Below the pieces are notes generated by a model. It saw only the letters and a list, made by a program, of their open reading frames with translations. It made no database searches and was not told where the DNA came from. From NCBI RefSeq assembly GCF_009914755.1, contig NC_060947.1: a stretch of DNA of 64,000 nucleotides; one strand, 5' to 3'. This stretch comes from the human T2T-CHM13v2.0 reference genome, Homo sapiens. A program made the translations under genes and the position numbers. Positions 16,937-30,829 of the stretch are shown here, in pieces; within the stretch, counting starts at the first letter, position 1, and each line of letters opens with the position of its first letter.

Positions 16937-17652
16937 TGAAACTTCCTTTGCAAAAATTATAACAGTGAGAAAATTATGGTAGTAAAGGAGATCTGATCTA
17001 ACCAACCCCTCATCTTGCTTTGAGCCTTCAAGCTGCCCTTAATTATTCCTGGCCTTGGGCCAAGCTAACTTCGGGATACATTTAGTTTATAGTTTAAATA
17101 ATAATAGCACTTCCTCAAAATGCAACTGCCTTTGAAAAGTTAAGGAGAGACCACCAGGCTAAGAGGATAAGAGGAGCCTGAATTCTGCCAAGGTATTGAC
17201 ATAAATGATTACTCACCATTATTCCAGAAGCTACAAGATATGCAACTTCCCCAATTACTCCTGCAGATAACATAATTATTGTAGAACCTAAGATTGGCCT
17301 TTTGAGATGTCTTTTCAGGTTTGTTGCATGTCTGATAACCAATGGCTCCACCTGGACCTGCCAACTGCTCCTGTGGTCCCACCCAAAAGTGACTCAGTGG
17401 GCATGAGAACCATTTCTTATGCCCCTATGATTGCATCCCCAACCAACTGGCAACAAGCACCCATTGCCTGGCCACCCCACCTCTCTTCCCCCCAACTATC
17501 CTTGAAAAACCCTAGCCTCCAAATTTTCAGGGAGGCTGATTTGATTTAGCCAGCTCTACATGTGTGAAACTCTTTCTCTATTGCAATTCCCCTGTCTTGA
17601 TAAATCGGCTCTATGTGGGCAGCAGGCAAAATGAACCCATTGGGTAGTTACA
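16937..17652 (+). mobile_element. ERV1 solo LTR, LTR8 family
   Basis: TGAAACTTCCTTTGCAAAAATTATAAC...cccattgggtagttaCA; TG...CA termini; 4-bp TSD ATAT (16933-16936 / 17653-17656). Confidence 0.9.
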
Positions 17653-19969
17653 ATATCAACTGCTGTAGAGAGGTCATGATGATTAAGAAGTTTATCAGCT
17701 CTATCATTATACAATTCCATAATCATTAGCGAATGTGTTTTTAAAGAGAAAAAAGTCAAATGTGTTAAAGAAAGTAAAGATGATGTATCCCCCATGAAAC
17801 TGCCTGCATTAAAATTTTCATTTTAGCTAAAAGCTCCCTCTTGTGTCCAGAATGGAGATTTTCTTGAGAGTTGATGAAAAGGCTTTAAAAACATCTGCTG
17901 ATGTATATCTTTCGTAATATTCTTTTGTAATATTAATTTTTGCCAATAAATATGTATTAATTTTATAATCAAACAGAAACAATATAACGAAATTTTTAAA
18001 ACAAGATGGTGTTTTTGCTCTAGACTTAGGGCTTCTGTAGAAAGTCATCATGTGAACACAAAAAATTCCAGTAAGTATCTGATACCTTTTTCAAAGGAGT
18101 AGCGAAAGTTCTTTGAGAGTCAGTAACTTCTGGGAAAGACTAACATGTTTAACAATCAGCTCAGGTGATTCAGATTCATACTACAGTTTGAAAACTATGT
18201 CTTTATGCCCTCAAGCTATCATGTCTCCACTAAAAGTAGAAAAGAAAAAAGTCCTCCCTTAGAAGAATCCAGCAGATCTGTAAGGCTGACAGTCCAGACA
18301 CAGAGAGTAGAGTACCAGTGGAAGTTGCCGGAAGCAGAGGCGCTAGCTTTGTTTGTTTCACTGTTGGAGGCTCTGGGAAATTAGGGAAAGAACAGAGTCC
18401 TAGGAAGCTAGAGGACTAGGGGCTAATATCAGCTCTGCCTCTAAATGGCTGCATGTGTAACCTTGCACAAGGCACTTCCTTTTCCAGGTCTCAGATTTTC
18501 CTTTGATGGGACCCTTCTAATTCATGATCTAAGAGTCACACCACGAAAGAGGCAAGACTGTAAAGCAGGCAATGTCTCCCATCCTCTCATCTTACCTGTT
18601 TTCACGGCTACTATCCCCATGGAAGCCCAAGGTCCTGATGCCACCCACCCTAAACTGTTGAGTACTCTCTACTTCAACACCTTGTGCAAATGAAAAGCAA
18701 CTTGGACCAGCCTCCTCCCCATGTTGAAGTGTATCTGGCAAACAAGAAACAGTTAACAGTGGTCCAGTGGTTACATTTTCAAAAGGATCTAAGGGTTGTT
18801 GCGGAGGAGGGAGTAGAGACCTTTTGTTGTATACTTGTTGTTAGGTATGGGTTGAGTTTTTGTTTGTTTGTTTTTACCATGTATACATTGTATGTGTACA
18901 AGTATGCATGTTCATATATGGGTGTTAAGCAACAACATACTTTGCCTGCCAATTGAAATTCCTTGCTCTCATAGCCAAACACAGTTGAGAAAAGTGAATT
19001 CCCAGTGAGTTTTTACTGATACCATACAATGGTAGAATAATATATACAGTCCAGGAGCATTGCCATTGCTACATGGGACTCAAACAAATTTCTTACGAAA
19101 AGGAGTTTATTTGACATTATGGGCTAGTTACCGTGCTAGGTCCTAGAATGAGAACCTAGGGTGAGCTGATTCCAAAGCCTGTCTTATCTTCATTATATCA
19201 TGTATTTTTCTTGACTCCACAGTAAGGAATGGAAAGGCTGTGGCTAAAAGAAAGATCACATATTTAATGCATTGCTGAGTGGAGAAACAGGGAAAAGCAA
19301 ATTAGGTAGGTGTGGAGCCTGGGGACACTAGTATTCAAGTTTTCTTCAGTGGTTCCTCTTCCTTATTTCTCCCTCTTCTTCTTTTTTCCAGGTCTTTCAT
19401 TTCTTCACCTTTTCTTCCCTTTTCTTCTCCTTTTCTTCCCTTTTCTTCTTTTCTCTTTTTGTCAAAGACTGTAAAAGAAAAATTTCTCTTACCCTCATCT
19501 CCTACAAGCAGAGATCAATAGAGTGGCAATAGCAATAGGGACTTAGCGCTGATTAAGGTTGATGTATTGGGTGTGGTAGCCTATAGCCTCGCAAGGGTAT
19601 AACAAGATCACCTCAACTGATCAATTGAGGTCTTGCCTTGGATGTGAGCAAAGCTGTGGTGCATTAAAGAGTAGCAGTTTCATAGGGAGAGGCAGTTAGG
19701 GGTAGGTTACTGGAACATTGACTTGAGTTTTTATTATTATTATTGTTATTCTACTCAATTTAATGATGTACTAAAAAAAGGTACGTGAGAACAAAGGATT
19801 CTATGCTCTACTTATGAAAAAGATCAAGGGTTACATTTGGATTGGACTGTTACTACTCACTAGTGATTGGGAAGGAAACAGCTTCATGGGGTTTAGGACA
19901 CATCTGGGCATTAACCATTACAAGTACAAAGCACACACAGAAACAAAAACAGTGCATGTCAGCAACAAT

Positions 19970-20110
19970 GCACATTGTCTCTTCTCTTTCTCTCTACCCT
20001 CCCTTTCTCTCTAGTCCTCCTCCTCTTTCTTTCTCCTCTCCTCCTCCTCCTCGTTTTTTTTCCCCCTTTCTGTCTCTCTCTGTCCCAATCTCTCTCTCTC
20101 TCTCCCTCTC
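19970..20110. repeat. CT-rich low-complexity tract
   Basis: (CT)n/(CCT)n polypyrimidine run. Confidence 0.85.
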
Positions 20111-20900
20111 TGAGGTGAACCAACCAGAGATCTCTTCAGAGATTTATTACAATGAAACAGAGAAAATAGAGTAGTTTTGTTCTTCCCTGTAAAACTGTAT
20201 GCACAGATCGCAACTCAGCACTCACCAGGGAGTTCTGTCACTTCCCTTCTCCCTTAAGAGGAGAGAGGAAGTAAGCAGCTAGTCAAGCCTGCCTGCTGAA
20301 AAGAGGCCAAGCGTGGGGGAATGACTGACTAGTTTGGGAGAATGACTGAGTAGCTACTCCTGTGCTGTCAAATGGAGTTTGCTTTGGGAGCCAAACCTAC
20401 TAAAATGGGGTCTGGAAGCTATCAGAGAAGAAATCTGATGCATGCATGTTTTTACCCACAGTCGTCCATCACCAGGGATTTTTGTGTTTGAGGCATGTTG
20501 CAGAGACTCCAGCAAGCTGCTGTATATCAACTGTGATCAGTTTTTAACATCCTGTCATAATCTAAAGGGAAATAACCCCCAAATCTACATACCAGTACTT
20601 TTTCTTTTTCTAATTTGCCCTTCGATGCCAAAAATTGAAACAAAACCTGAAAGGCAAGACTTAACACTGAGCAATCACTAGTTTAGAAAGACCTAGCTTA
20701 CTTGCTTGCATGTGTGTCTGTGACTACAGAATAGGGTGTGCATATTTAGGTAATGGCAATGAATTTGAGTAATGCCACTTGAATTGTGTGGGCCACCTAT
20801 TATGTTCTAGGCACTATTTAAACATATATATCTTAACCTTCATAAGGCTTAGTGCTTTATATATGTTAAAACTAACAGGAAGAAAAAAATTCTTCCTGAA

Positions 20901-21244
20901 TGTTATGAACTGAATGTTCGTTCCCTCAAAATGTATATGTTGAAGCCCTAGTGCTCAGTGTGATGTCATTTGGAGGTGGGGCCTTTGGGGAGTAATTGGG
21001 TCATAAGGGTGGATCCCTAATGATAGGATTAATGCCCTTACAAGAAGAGACATAAGAGAGATAATCTTCTCTCTGCTGTATGAAAACATAACGAGAAGAT
21101 GTCAGTCTACAACCAGAAAGAGGGAAATTGGTCAACACCTCAATCTTTAACTTCCCAGTCCCCACAACTATGAGAACTAAATGTTTGCGGTTTAAGCCAC
21201 CCAGTCTATAGTATTTGTTATAGGAGGCCAAGCTGACTAAGATA
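20901..21244 (+). mobile_element. MaLR solo LTR, MLT1A0-like
   Basis: tgttatgaactgaatgtt...ggaggtggggcctttggg...tttaagccacccagtctatagtatttgttat...ctgactaagata. Confidence 0.85.
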
Positions 21245-22503
21245 CTAGGTCAAAAGGGATGTGATACTACAAAAGCATTTTAGGTTAATGAGATGAAGAA
21301 AATAAATACAATTTTCTGCTTAAAGAAAATTCAATCATGGAACTCAGAAATTTGTATTATGAATATTGTTGCAAAGCAATTTGCAACAATCTTCAGAAAA
21401 AAAGGTACTATATTAGAAGTTGGAAGATATGCAGTCCTAAAATGTGTTAATATTCTCAATCATGTACACCACAGAATAGTTTCAGAAAGTTCCAAGAAGA
21501 AAGATTGGGGCCACTATGCTGGGGTTTTTCATTCAATCCCACAGTTCCTAAAAGATATAGTCCAGGGCTAGTGCCAACAATTCCTGGACCTTCGCCTGTG
21601 TCTGCCCCTTGAATGCTGATAGTCCTCTGAGTTTCTGTGTTTGGCCCATGTTCTCTCTAGGTGGTCTCAACCCTTCTGATGACTTTTACCGGCATCTGTA
21701 TGCTGATGCTTTCCAACTCTAAATCTCTAACTCAACATCTCCCCGGGGCTCAAGATTCACATATCAAAAACAAAAAATTGTCCAGTGAACATTTCCACCT
21801 GGATTTCCCATAACCATCAGAAACTCAAGATGCTCAAAATGAAACTCATCACTGTTCTCCCAGAATCAGTTCTCCATTATTTTTCTTGATTGGTGAACCA
21901 AAGTTCACTTGTCATTAAAGCCAAAAACCTGAGCGTCCTTCTCAACTCCTTTTTCTTTAACCACCATATTGAATCAGTTACCAAGTCCTGCCACTTTTAA
22001 TTCTCCAATCACTTATCCCTTCTCTGTCGCCCCTGCCTTGCCTTAAACCAAGCACTCCTCATCTCTAGTATGATCTGTTACAATCATTTCCTACCAGCTT
22101 TCTCTGCTTCTGGTCTTGGCTTTTCTAATCTAACCCACTCCAATCCTATCCTCCACTCTGCTACCAGTCTAATAGGTACATCTGTGCATCTGGTAGCCTC
22201 CTAATTAAATCATTTTAATGGCTCCCTTTCACCTACTACAGTAAGTTCAAACTCCTTGGCATAGCGTACAAAGGTCCTCTAAACTTGGTCTCTGCCTTAC
22301 TTTCTAGCCCTGTTTTTTCTGCTATTTACCTTTGATGCACTTCCTTCTCCAGCAATCCTGAAATACTTGTAGCACTTACCACATTCCATGCTGTTGCATA
22401 CCTCTATACTTTTACTTCTGTTATTCCTGCCACTGGAATGACAACCATTCCTATCCTTTCTTTGCCTGGATACCTCTTCTTCACCCCTCAAAACTTAGTT
22501 CCA

Positions 22504-22808
<305 letters not shown>

Positions 22809-23056
22809 GTAACAGAAGTGGTCCCTCCTATGGGTAGTCTTTACTGACCTCTCCACCCCTAGAACAATATACTTTCTATGTGCTCCTCCAGCATCCTGTA
22901 TGTGTCTCTTTCTCACAGAGCATACCATATTGTATTGTAACTGTTGGGTTGCCTTTGACTTGAGGTTTGTCTTCTGCACTTTATTGTGAGCTCCTTGAGG
23001 GGGAGTAGAGACTACATTGCAACTCCCAAGCAAGCATGCACTATATATTCAGTTGA

Positions 23057-23340
23057 TTTTTTTTTTTTTTTTTTTTGAGACAGAGTCTCTCTGTTGCCCA
23101 GGCTGGAGTGCAGTGGTGCTATCTCGGCTCACTGCAACCTCCGCCTCACAGGTTCAAGCAATTCTCTGCCTCAGCCTCCTGAGTAGCTGGGACTACAGGC
23201 ATGCGCCACCACGCCTGGCTAATTTTTTTGAATTTTTAGTAGAGATGGGGTTTCGCCATGTTGCCCAGGCTGGTCTCGAAGTCCTGGCCTCAAGTAATCC
23301 ACCTGCCTCCGCCTTCAGGAGTGAGCCACGGCGCCCAGCC
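23057..23340 (-). mobile_element. AluS with a small internal deletion in the left arm
   Basis: Poly-T start; lacks caaagtgctgggattac; TSD ttcagttgattt. Confidence 0.9.
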
Positions 23341-23375
23341 TGTTCAGTTGATTTCTAATGAAGCAATAGACGTGC

Positions 23376-23681
<306 letters not shown>

Positions 23682-24129
23682 CGGAAGTGCTTTACCTTTG
23701 ACCTCTCCGTTTGGATTCATCTCTCTATGCCTATTGCTACTATGCTAGTACAAACCCTAGTTATCAGTCATCGAAATTCCCTCCCTTTACACAACCTAAA
23801 CACAGAGAGTTTTTGATGATTCTCTAAAGAGTAGAGTCCAAACTCCTTAGGGTGGCATACACAAACTGGTCAAAACCAACCTTCAGGCCCATTTCCTGCT
23901 AATACCTAACCTGCCAACATCTATACTCCAGCTATGCTTAACTACCATCTGTTTGCCTTTGCATGTTCTGTGCCCCTCTTGATGAAACCTTATTTACCCT
24001 TCAGAGCCCACCTTAAATGTGTCCTTCTCCGTGATGCCCTCTGCAAATTTCTCCAGGCAGTTAGACATGTTTATCTTTGCATTCCTATTACACCTGTCTA
24101 TTATAGCACTTTCTACACTCAATTATTAT

Positions 24130-24495
24130 CATCCACTTAACTTATCTTAGCCTCAGTTTCCTCATCTGGAAATAGGGGATAATAACAATTTCTCCTTTAT
24201 AGGTAGTGGTGAGAAGTAAAAAAGACAACACATGCAAAGGATGTAGCACAGAGGTAGCCCCGAATAAATAGGAGCTGACATCAGTTGAGCTCTCAATATG
24301 TGCCAGGCACTTTACGTGTATGAATTCATTTCATTGTCCTCGTATGGTAAGTACAACTATTGCCTCCATATTCTAAGTGAGGACACGATGACTCAGGGGC
24401 TGAAATGACTTGCCTAAGGTCACACAGTTGGTTAGTGGAAGATCTGGTTAAACCCATGTGGCCTGGTGTCAGACCACGCTCTTAACCACTATTCA
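24130..24495. mobile_element. Two MIRs tail-to-tail (+ then -)
   Basis: gcctcagtttcctcatctggaaatagggg (+) followed by tgacttgcctaaggtcacacag (-). Confidence 0.7.
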
Positions 24496-26187
24496 TCTGT
24501 GTACACTTTCTCATCCCTACTAAATGTGAACTCCTCTAGGACAGGAACTACTCTTTTCCTCATCCAAAAGTTAGACTCACAGTCTCTAACTCTCCCAAGT
24601 CTGCTCCCAACAGGAGATAGGGGTGCAGATTTCCAGCCCTCCACTCTGCTTAGATAATCAGCACTTTACCTTTCCTCCCTCAATTGCCCCCTGCTATTCA
24701 GCTACCTTGCCCTAAAACAATGTACTTTACATTTCTAAGCCTGTCTCCAGCTACTGCTTTGCTCCTTTCCATTGCCTCAATTACTTTAATGCTTTCCAGA
24801 TCCATATGAGGAGGCCTGAGAGCACTTCAGGTGAAAAGAATATGGTTGTACACTGCATAAGAGTTTCAATCACTGTTCATTAATTGTTTTGGGTATAGTT
24901 TTAAAATGATTATAAGCAGAACTACAAATGTACCACACAGGCCAATATTCTGATTGGTTCTGTCCAGACTACAGTCTGGGACCTACATATACCAGGTAAA
25001 CTCTGCAAGCATCTCAGTCTATCCCAAAGATATTAAATGTTGATGTTGTTTTACAGTCTTAAAAAAGAGATTAACATAGAAAGTGAAGAACCAACAGTAG
25101 CTCCAGAATTTCTATATAGAAAAGCTGCATCTACTCACCTCCTACCCTTTTACTGTTTGCATTTACATTCTTTATGTGAAGAGGTTTGGTGGGACAGGTA
25201 AAAATTAAGGGATTTGTCTTGAAAAACGTGTTTGTAGAGCAAGCACACTTTTTGTAAGCTTCTTTGGCATAACTTGATTAATATGGGCTAATACCTCTTT
25301 CTCCAAGTCAAATGGCACTACCACTGTGAATGGCTTACAGTCACACAGTGAGTCTTAGGTAAAAGATAGATTAGAAGTTCTCATTTCTTGGCTCCAATTG
25401 CTGGGTTACAGAAAACTTAGTTCCACCATCCTTTCAAGACACCTACTAATTTCAGAGATGAAAACCCTTTGCTGGTGAGGAATCCCAATTAGAAAGATAA
25501 GAGAGTCATGCTAGAGAAGGAAGGAGCCGGGGAAGAGTGGGATGGGAGCCAGGAAGAAGGAAATCACACCCACACTGGAGTCAAGGCAAGGTTTGTAGTT
25601 TCCACTAAGAAACCAAAAGGCTCAAAACAGGAAGAAAGAGGTGAGGTGTAATCCAAAAAGCAATCAGCTCACTGACATTTTATTTATTTTTACCTGGGGA
25701 AAAGGGGTATGGGGGAGGGGGCTTGGGCTCCCAGGCTGACCCAACAGCTGCAGCTGCTATAAAGGAAGTGGGTGTTTGGGGGAGGGGGAGTGGGGGACCA
25801 GGATAGGAGAGCTTACCTGTTTCTTGCCCCCATCAGAGGCCCTGGGATTCTGAAGGAGGGAACCTGAGACTGTGTCAACCCGAGAGACGGAGATATTTCC
25901 AAGCCCAGCAGAAAAGGAAGCCTCTCTCCAAGGATACAAAATCTATGGCAGTCCTGACCTGGAAATCTCGAGGAGGCCTCCCTGCCCCTACTGCCTTTTA
26001 GCCTGCCTTGCTTGCCTTGGCCATTTTAAGTGCAGATGAAGGCAATGGAATTGCAAAGCAATGGAGGAAGAGGAAAGGAAAGACAGAGACTGTGCCAATA
26101 AAATATTACTATAAAAATTTAACCGAAAACAAGACTGTCCTGAGATTTTGCCCTGGTCTTATAGCATCTGGTTTCATTTCTCTTCCT

Positions 26188-26371
<184 letters not shown>

Positions 26372-26429
26372 AGTTGGTGAACTTAGTACATATGTTTACA
26401 ATGGAATCCTTTAAAACATGCTCAGGCAG

Positions 26430-26810
26430 CTGGGAGCTCCAGCCCTGAGGTGGAGCTCTTGTCACTGGTGGAGACAGCACCATTCTGTCAGGACTCTGTG
26501 TGGTCCTGAGCAAGTTATTCCACTCTGCCCCAGCTTCTACCTCACAGAATGGGTAGTGAGACTTTTAAAAGAAGTGAGAGGAGAAAGTATGCCGAAAAGT
26601 GTAATAATAGCATGAACAGTTTCTGGAAGCTTCCTGTGCTTTACGTGCATGTTCTCATTTAAGTCCCACAAAACCTGATGTGATAAGCTATTATTGCCCT
26701 GTTTTAGGGATGAGAAAAGTGGGTTAAAGAGAGGCTGGCTTGTCATGATCAATATCTAGTAATTGCACCCAGCTCTGTCTGACTCCAGGGCTTTTAACTT
26801 CTAGATCATA
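26430..26810. mobile_element. Two MIRs tail-to-tail (+ then -)
   Basis: ctgtgtggtcctgagcaagttattccactct (+); ctcatttaagtcccacaaaacctgatg...gggatgagaaaagtggg (-). Confidence 0.6.
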
Positions 26811-27860
26811 TAAAGTAAGATTATTGGCATTTTGATTAAATTGTACACTTCATGGTTTCCATATTTTATCTGGAGGAAATGTTTGCTTGAATAGAGTTTG
26901 AGAGATGGAGACTAAGGTACTTCTTTCTGTTAAGTGGGAGCTGAGAGAGGGGAACATTTGAAGCTGCAGCCGAAATTCCAAACTTCTAACTGAAGCAAGT
27001 ATCCCCATCAGGCATTCTGGACTCAGTAATGTCAGGTGTGAAGAAAGCCAACCTCCTCATATTCCCTTGAAGGGCCTTGATGTTTCAACATATCGCTTGT
27101 TTCAAATTGAGAGTCACATTCATTCTGACTGGTTCAGTTAGTGCCCTAACCCAGCTCTCCCATCACCAAGTCTCCCTTTCATGGATATCTACTAAATAGG
27201 TTCCAATATTGCATTCAGAAGAATCCTCCAAAGAAAGAAAACTTAAATGTGCACAGTGATCATTCGGCTGTAAAACATGTTGAAATATTGGAATGTGCAA
27301 CTAAAAAGGCGAGTTGAATCTGGTGGGCCTAAGGAACAGAAGGATCTGAGAAGCTTGAGCTGGTCAAGGGGTGATTCTGCTAAGAGGCCAAGGAATGGAC
27401 AAGCTTTCCTTATAAATTTCCTTCCAGCACATTTACTCAGACAAAGCTGGCTCAGAAGAGAGGCCTCAGAGGATTAGATTTCCTAGACTGGTAGCCCTAA
27501 AAGGAATTTGTGAATTCATCTAGCCCAAATGTGTCCTCTTAAAAATAAAGAGACGTGTGTATGGTATTCTTTTTAGTGCCATAATCTTTCTTTATGCCCC
27601 TGAGTCATATCTTTCGTCACTCAAGAGTGCCATCTACCAGCTGCTTCCAACTGCAGCCTCCTAAAATCCAGAACACATGGAGGAAGAAGCATATCCACTA
27701 GGTATGGCTCAGTGGAAAGATCTCTGGAGCAAAGGATGGGATACCTAGGTTGTACTTCTAGTTTTGTCTCTCTCTAGAAGTATGACCATGAGCAAGTCAC
27801 TTGCTTGTGAGCAAATGGAGTTAATTATACTTGCATAGTGTACCTCAGAGCTGTAGCCTG

Positions 27861-27862
<2 letters not shown>

Positions 27863-27908
<46 letters not shown>

Positions 27909-27942
27909 AGAGAGAGAAAAAAACAGAAAAAGAGAGAGAGAG
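27863..27942 (+). repeat. (CA)n(GA)n microsatellite
   Basis: About 21 CA units followed by GA. Confidence 0.95.
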
Positions 27943-28165
27943 TTATTAATATAAAGTTCTGTAGTCACTTACACAGGCCAAACCTTGACTATGCCTTGTA
28001 ATATTGAAGAATGGAAAAGAAAAAAAATCCTGAGAAATTGAAAGTAACATTTTAACAAAATGACACTATCATTTTTAATTGGCATTTCACTTTGTTTTTC
28101 AATGGAGGAACTAGATTCCAGCTTTGTCCATACCGAGTACAAGTGGGCCCCCTTCTCTTCCTAAA

Positions 28166-28298
28166 TTCTTTTTAAATAAAATACAGATGGGTCACACTAT
28201 GTTGCCTAGGCTAGTCTTGAACTCCTGGGCTCAAGTGATCCTCCTGCCTTGACCTCCCTAAGTGCTGAGATTATAGGCATGAGCCACTGCGCCTGGCC
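28166..28298 (-). mobile_element. FLAM_C (free left Alu monomer)
   Basis: Single monomer; aactcctgggctcaagtgatcctcc. Confidence 0.85.
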
Positions 28299-28924
28299 TC
28301 TTTCTAAACCTTAAATATATATGTGAGTGGCTGCTGAGAGAATGTAATAATCAGAGGCAGTCACTAAAGGAGAATGTGACCAGCCAGGAAATTACCCTGA
28401 AAAGTAAAAATACAACTCTCTTTTCTGGCTATGGCTTAGCACGTAAATATGAAGAGGGAGTGAGAGAAGTGGGAGACAAAAACAGATGAAGTAACAGAAG
28501 GCAGGAGACAGAGCTGAGGCAAAGGGGAGGAATGCAGGGTGACGGACAGGGTTGAAGACATCCAGTTTTGAGTCTTGTGCTTTGACATATCCAGCAGGTG
28601 CTTGATCCTGGAGCAGACATGAAAGTGGTATATAGATTTTTAATTACCTTTGTGAAAGGGAGAAAATACGCATTTGGCTCACATGAAGATAGCTTGTGAT
28701 TCTTTAGTCATCAATGCTTGCCTTGGTATGGACACCAAAGGGTGTTTTTCTGCTGTGAACTGGCTGTACTCCTACTCCAAGTCTTTCCCATTCCCTAAGC
28801 TTTGAGACTCTCAAAAACAAACAAACAAACAAAACAACAACAACAAAAACCAGACGTGAGTTGGATGAGAAAGGACTTCCTGGCCTCTACAATGGTTCAC
28901 TGACTGGCCAATGATGCCAGCAGA

Positions 28925-29195
28925 ACAGAACATAGTAGTTAAGAGCATGGGCACTGAACTTACCCAGACCTGGCCTTGCATCCTGATTCTGTCACTTACC
29001 AGATATGTGACCTTGAACTAGTTGCTTCCTATCTCCATGCCTCATTTTTCTCGCCCATAATGGAAATATAATAATAACCTCCGTTGATTAATGTCATTGT
29101 GAGGATTAAATGAGTTAGGGCAAATAAAAAGCCTGGCACAGGGCTCAACACACAGTAGTGGGCACCCAAAAAAATGCTTAACATTACTATAATAA
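28925..29195 (+). mobile_element. MIR SINE, near full length
   Basis: catagtagttaagagcatggg...tgtgaccttgaac...gtgaggattaaatgagtt. Confidence 0.8.
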
Positions 29196-30829
29196 TTTGG
29201 TACAAGAAAGAGCTGCCCCCAAGACATATTTTGCAGAAATTCTCTGTTTCCTTCAGAGTAATTGCTGGAACCAGACTAGCCTGTACCCTCTACACTTTTT
29301 CAAATGCATTCTCCAAACACTGAAAAGACTTCCCTTTTATCAATCTCTCTCCCGCCTTAGCGCCCTCTCCAGCTCTCTCACACTCTCTCACGCTCTCTGT
29401 TTCTCGTCTCACATCTCTCCTCCCCCACCATCACCAAAGAAGCCCCCAATGTTCCAAACAGATAAAAAGATGTGGCGGGACGCAGGCCCCACTCCATTTG
29501 AATCTGGGTAGACTTGTCCGAAGGGGATGACAATATTACTTTTGTTTCTCAGATACTAGAATCTCCCACAAATCCTTAAGTGGACATTCCAGCGCCTCTT
29601 CAGCCCACTCTTAGCTATTTCAGCCCAGGCTCTCAGGAATCCAACAGTGCCACCTTTAAGGCCTCTCTCACAATTCTGACACCTGCATCCTGGCTCCTAT
29701 AGAAACTCCTTCCCTCTTCTCAATGTATGTGATGTTGAGAAAACTGGAGGATGAATAGGGAAGGCATAATCATAATGTTAATGGGACTTTAGACATGCAA
29801 ATGTGTGTCCTGAGCATGGATGAGCTGAACAAAGTCGATGTGAGCAACAGAAATGGACAAGTGCCATCAAAGCCCCAGATGTGTGACACTGGGAAGAGGG
29901 GACGTAGAAATGATGAAAGGAAACACAAGGGTTATTTAGAAAAATGGTACGTTTGAAGGACTTGGTGAGAGGTGTGTAAATGAACAGACAGCATGAGAAA
30001 GCAGGAGAAAGAAATCTAAGTGCCTGCTAGGAGCATAGATCACAGAATTCTTCAAAGCCAGAGGGTAGAAGAGGAGGAGGCTGGGTGGGAAACTGCCAGT
30101 GACTGGGGGCTTTGTGCTCAAAGAGCTTTAGAAGAGGAGACTATGGGAGCCTTGTTTGGTTGGGCTACCAGGTAGAATCAGAGCAGTTTCAATCTGGGAC
30201 CAAAGGGCCCACCTCGCAATGAAGCTGAAAAGATCTCACCTCCCATTGATGAATTAGGCTACTCTGTGAACTTGGCCTTCTTCCATCTGCATAGCCATTG
30301 GACCTTGAATTTTTTTCCCACTGTAATAACACATTTCAAACAGCTAGTTCAAAATCCTGACAGGGAGGTCCAAAAGAGACTGAAAGGATACGGGAGGGAC
30401 CTTTGTCTTGTGTCTAACCTACATTAGTGCCTATGCCCTAAGACATTGCTCTCCTCTTAACAATGTTTTTTAAACTCAGAAACTTCTGTGTTTTGTGAAC
30501 TAAATAAGAGTATTCTGCCACTAAAAATGAAATGAAATGGAATGATGGTCTTTCACCAAGTTTTTCAAGGAAAAGCAGTAAGTTTGTAGTTAGAATGTGC
30601 TCCTGTAAATTTTGCTGAAACCCTTGGCCCCTGCTCCCGCGTGCCTATACTAGAATGAAAAAGTTAGCATCTGATTTAACATAGAATTATATTTGTAAAC
30701 ATTTTATGATTTAAATATGAATATTTTATAATTTTCCACGAAGAACTCTATGATTCTCAGTGCTGTGTTACTGGAACAAAGTGAGAAGCTCTAGAATTAA
30801 AGATTGGAATCATTACCTTTATTCTTCAT

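Larger units (their letters stand above)
15745..17690 (-). mobile_element. Fragmented L2 LINE interrupted by MIR, MER3 and LTR8
   Basis: L2 3' end in reverse (atttagtacctactcggtggcaaatgttgtgctagac), attccaggcaggagaaacagc, gtagttgaaaccatgggaatggatgag, caactgctgtagagaggtca. Confidence 0.65.
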
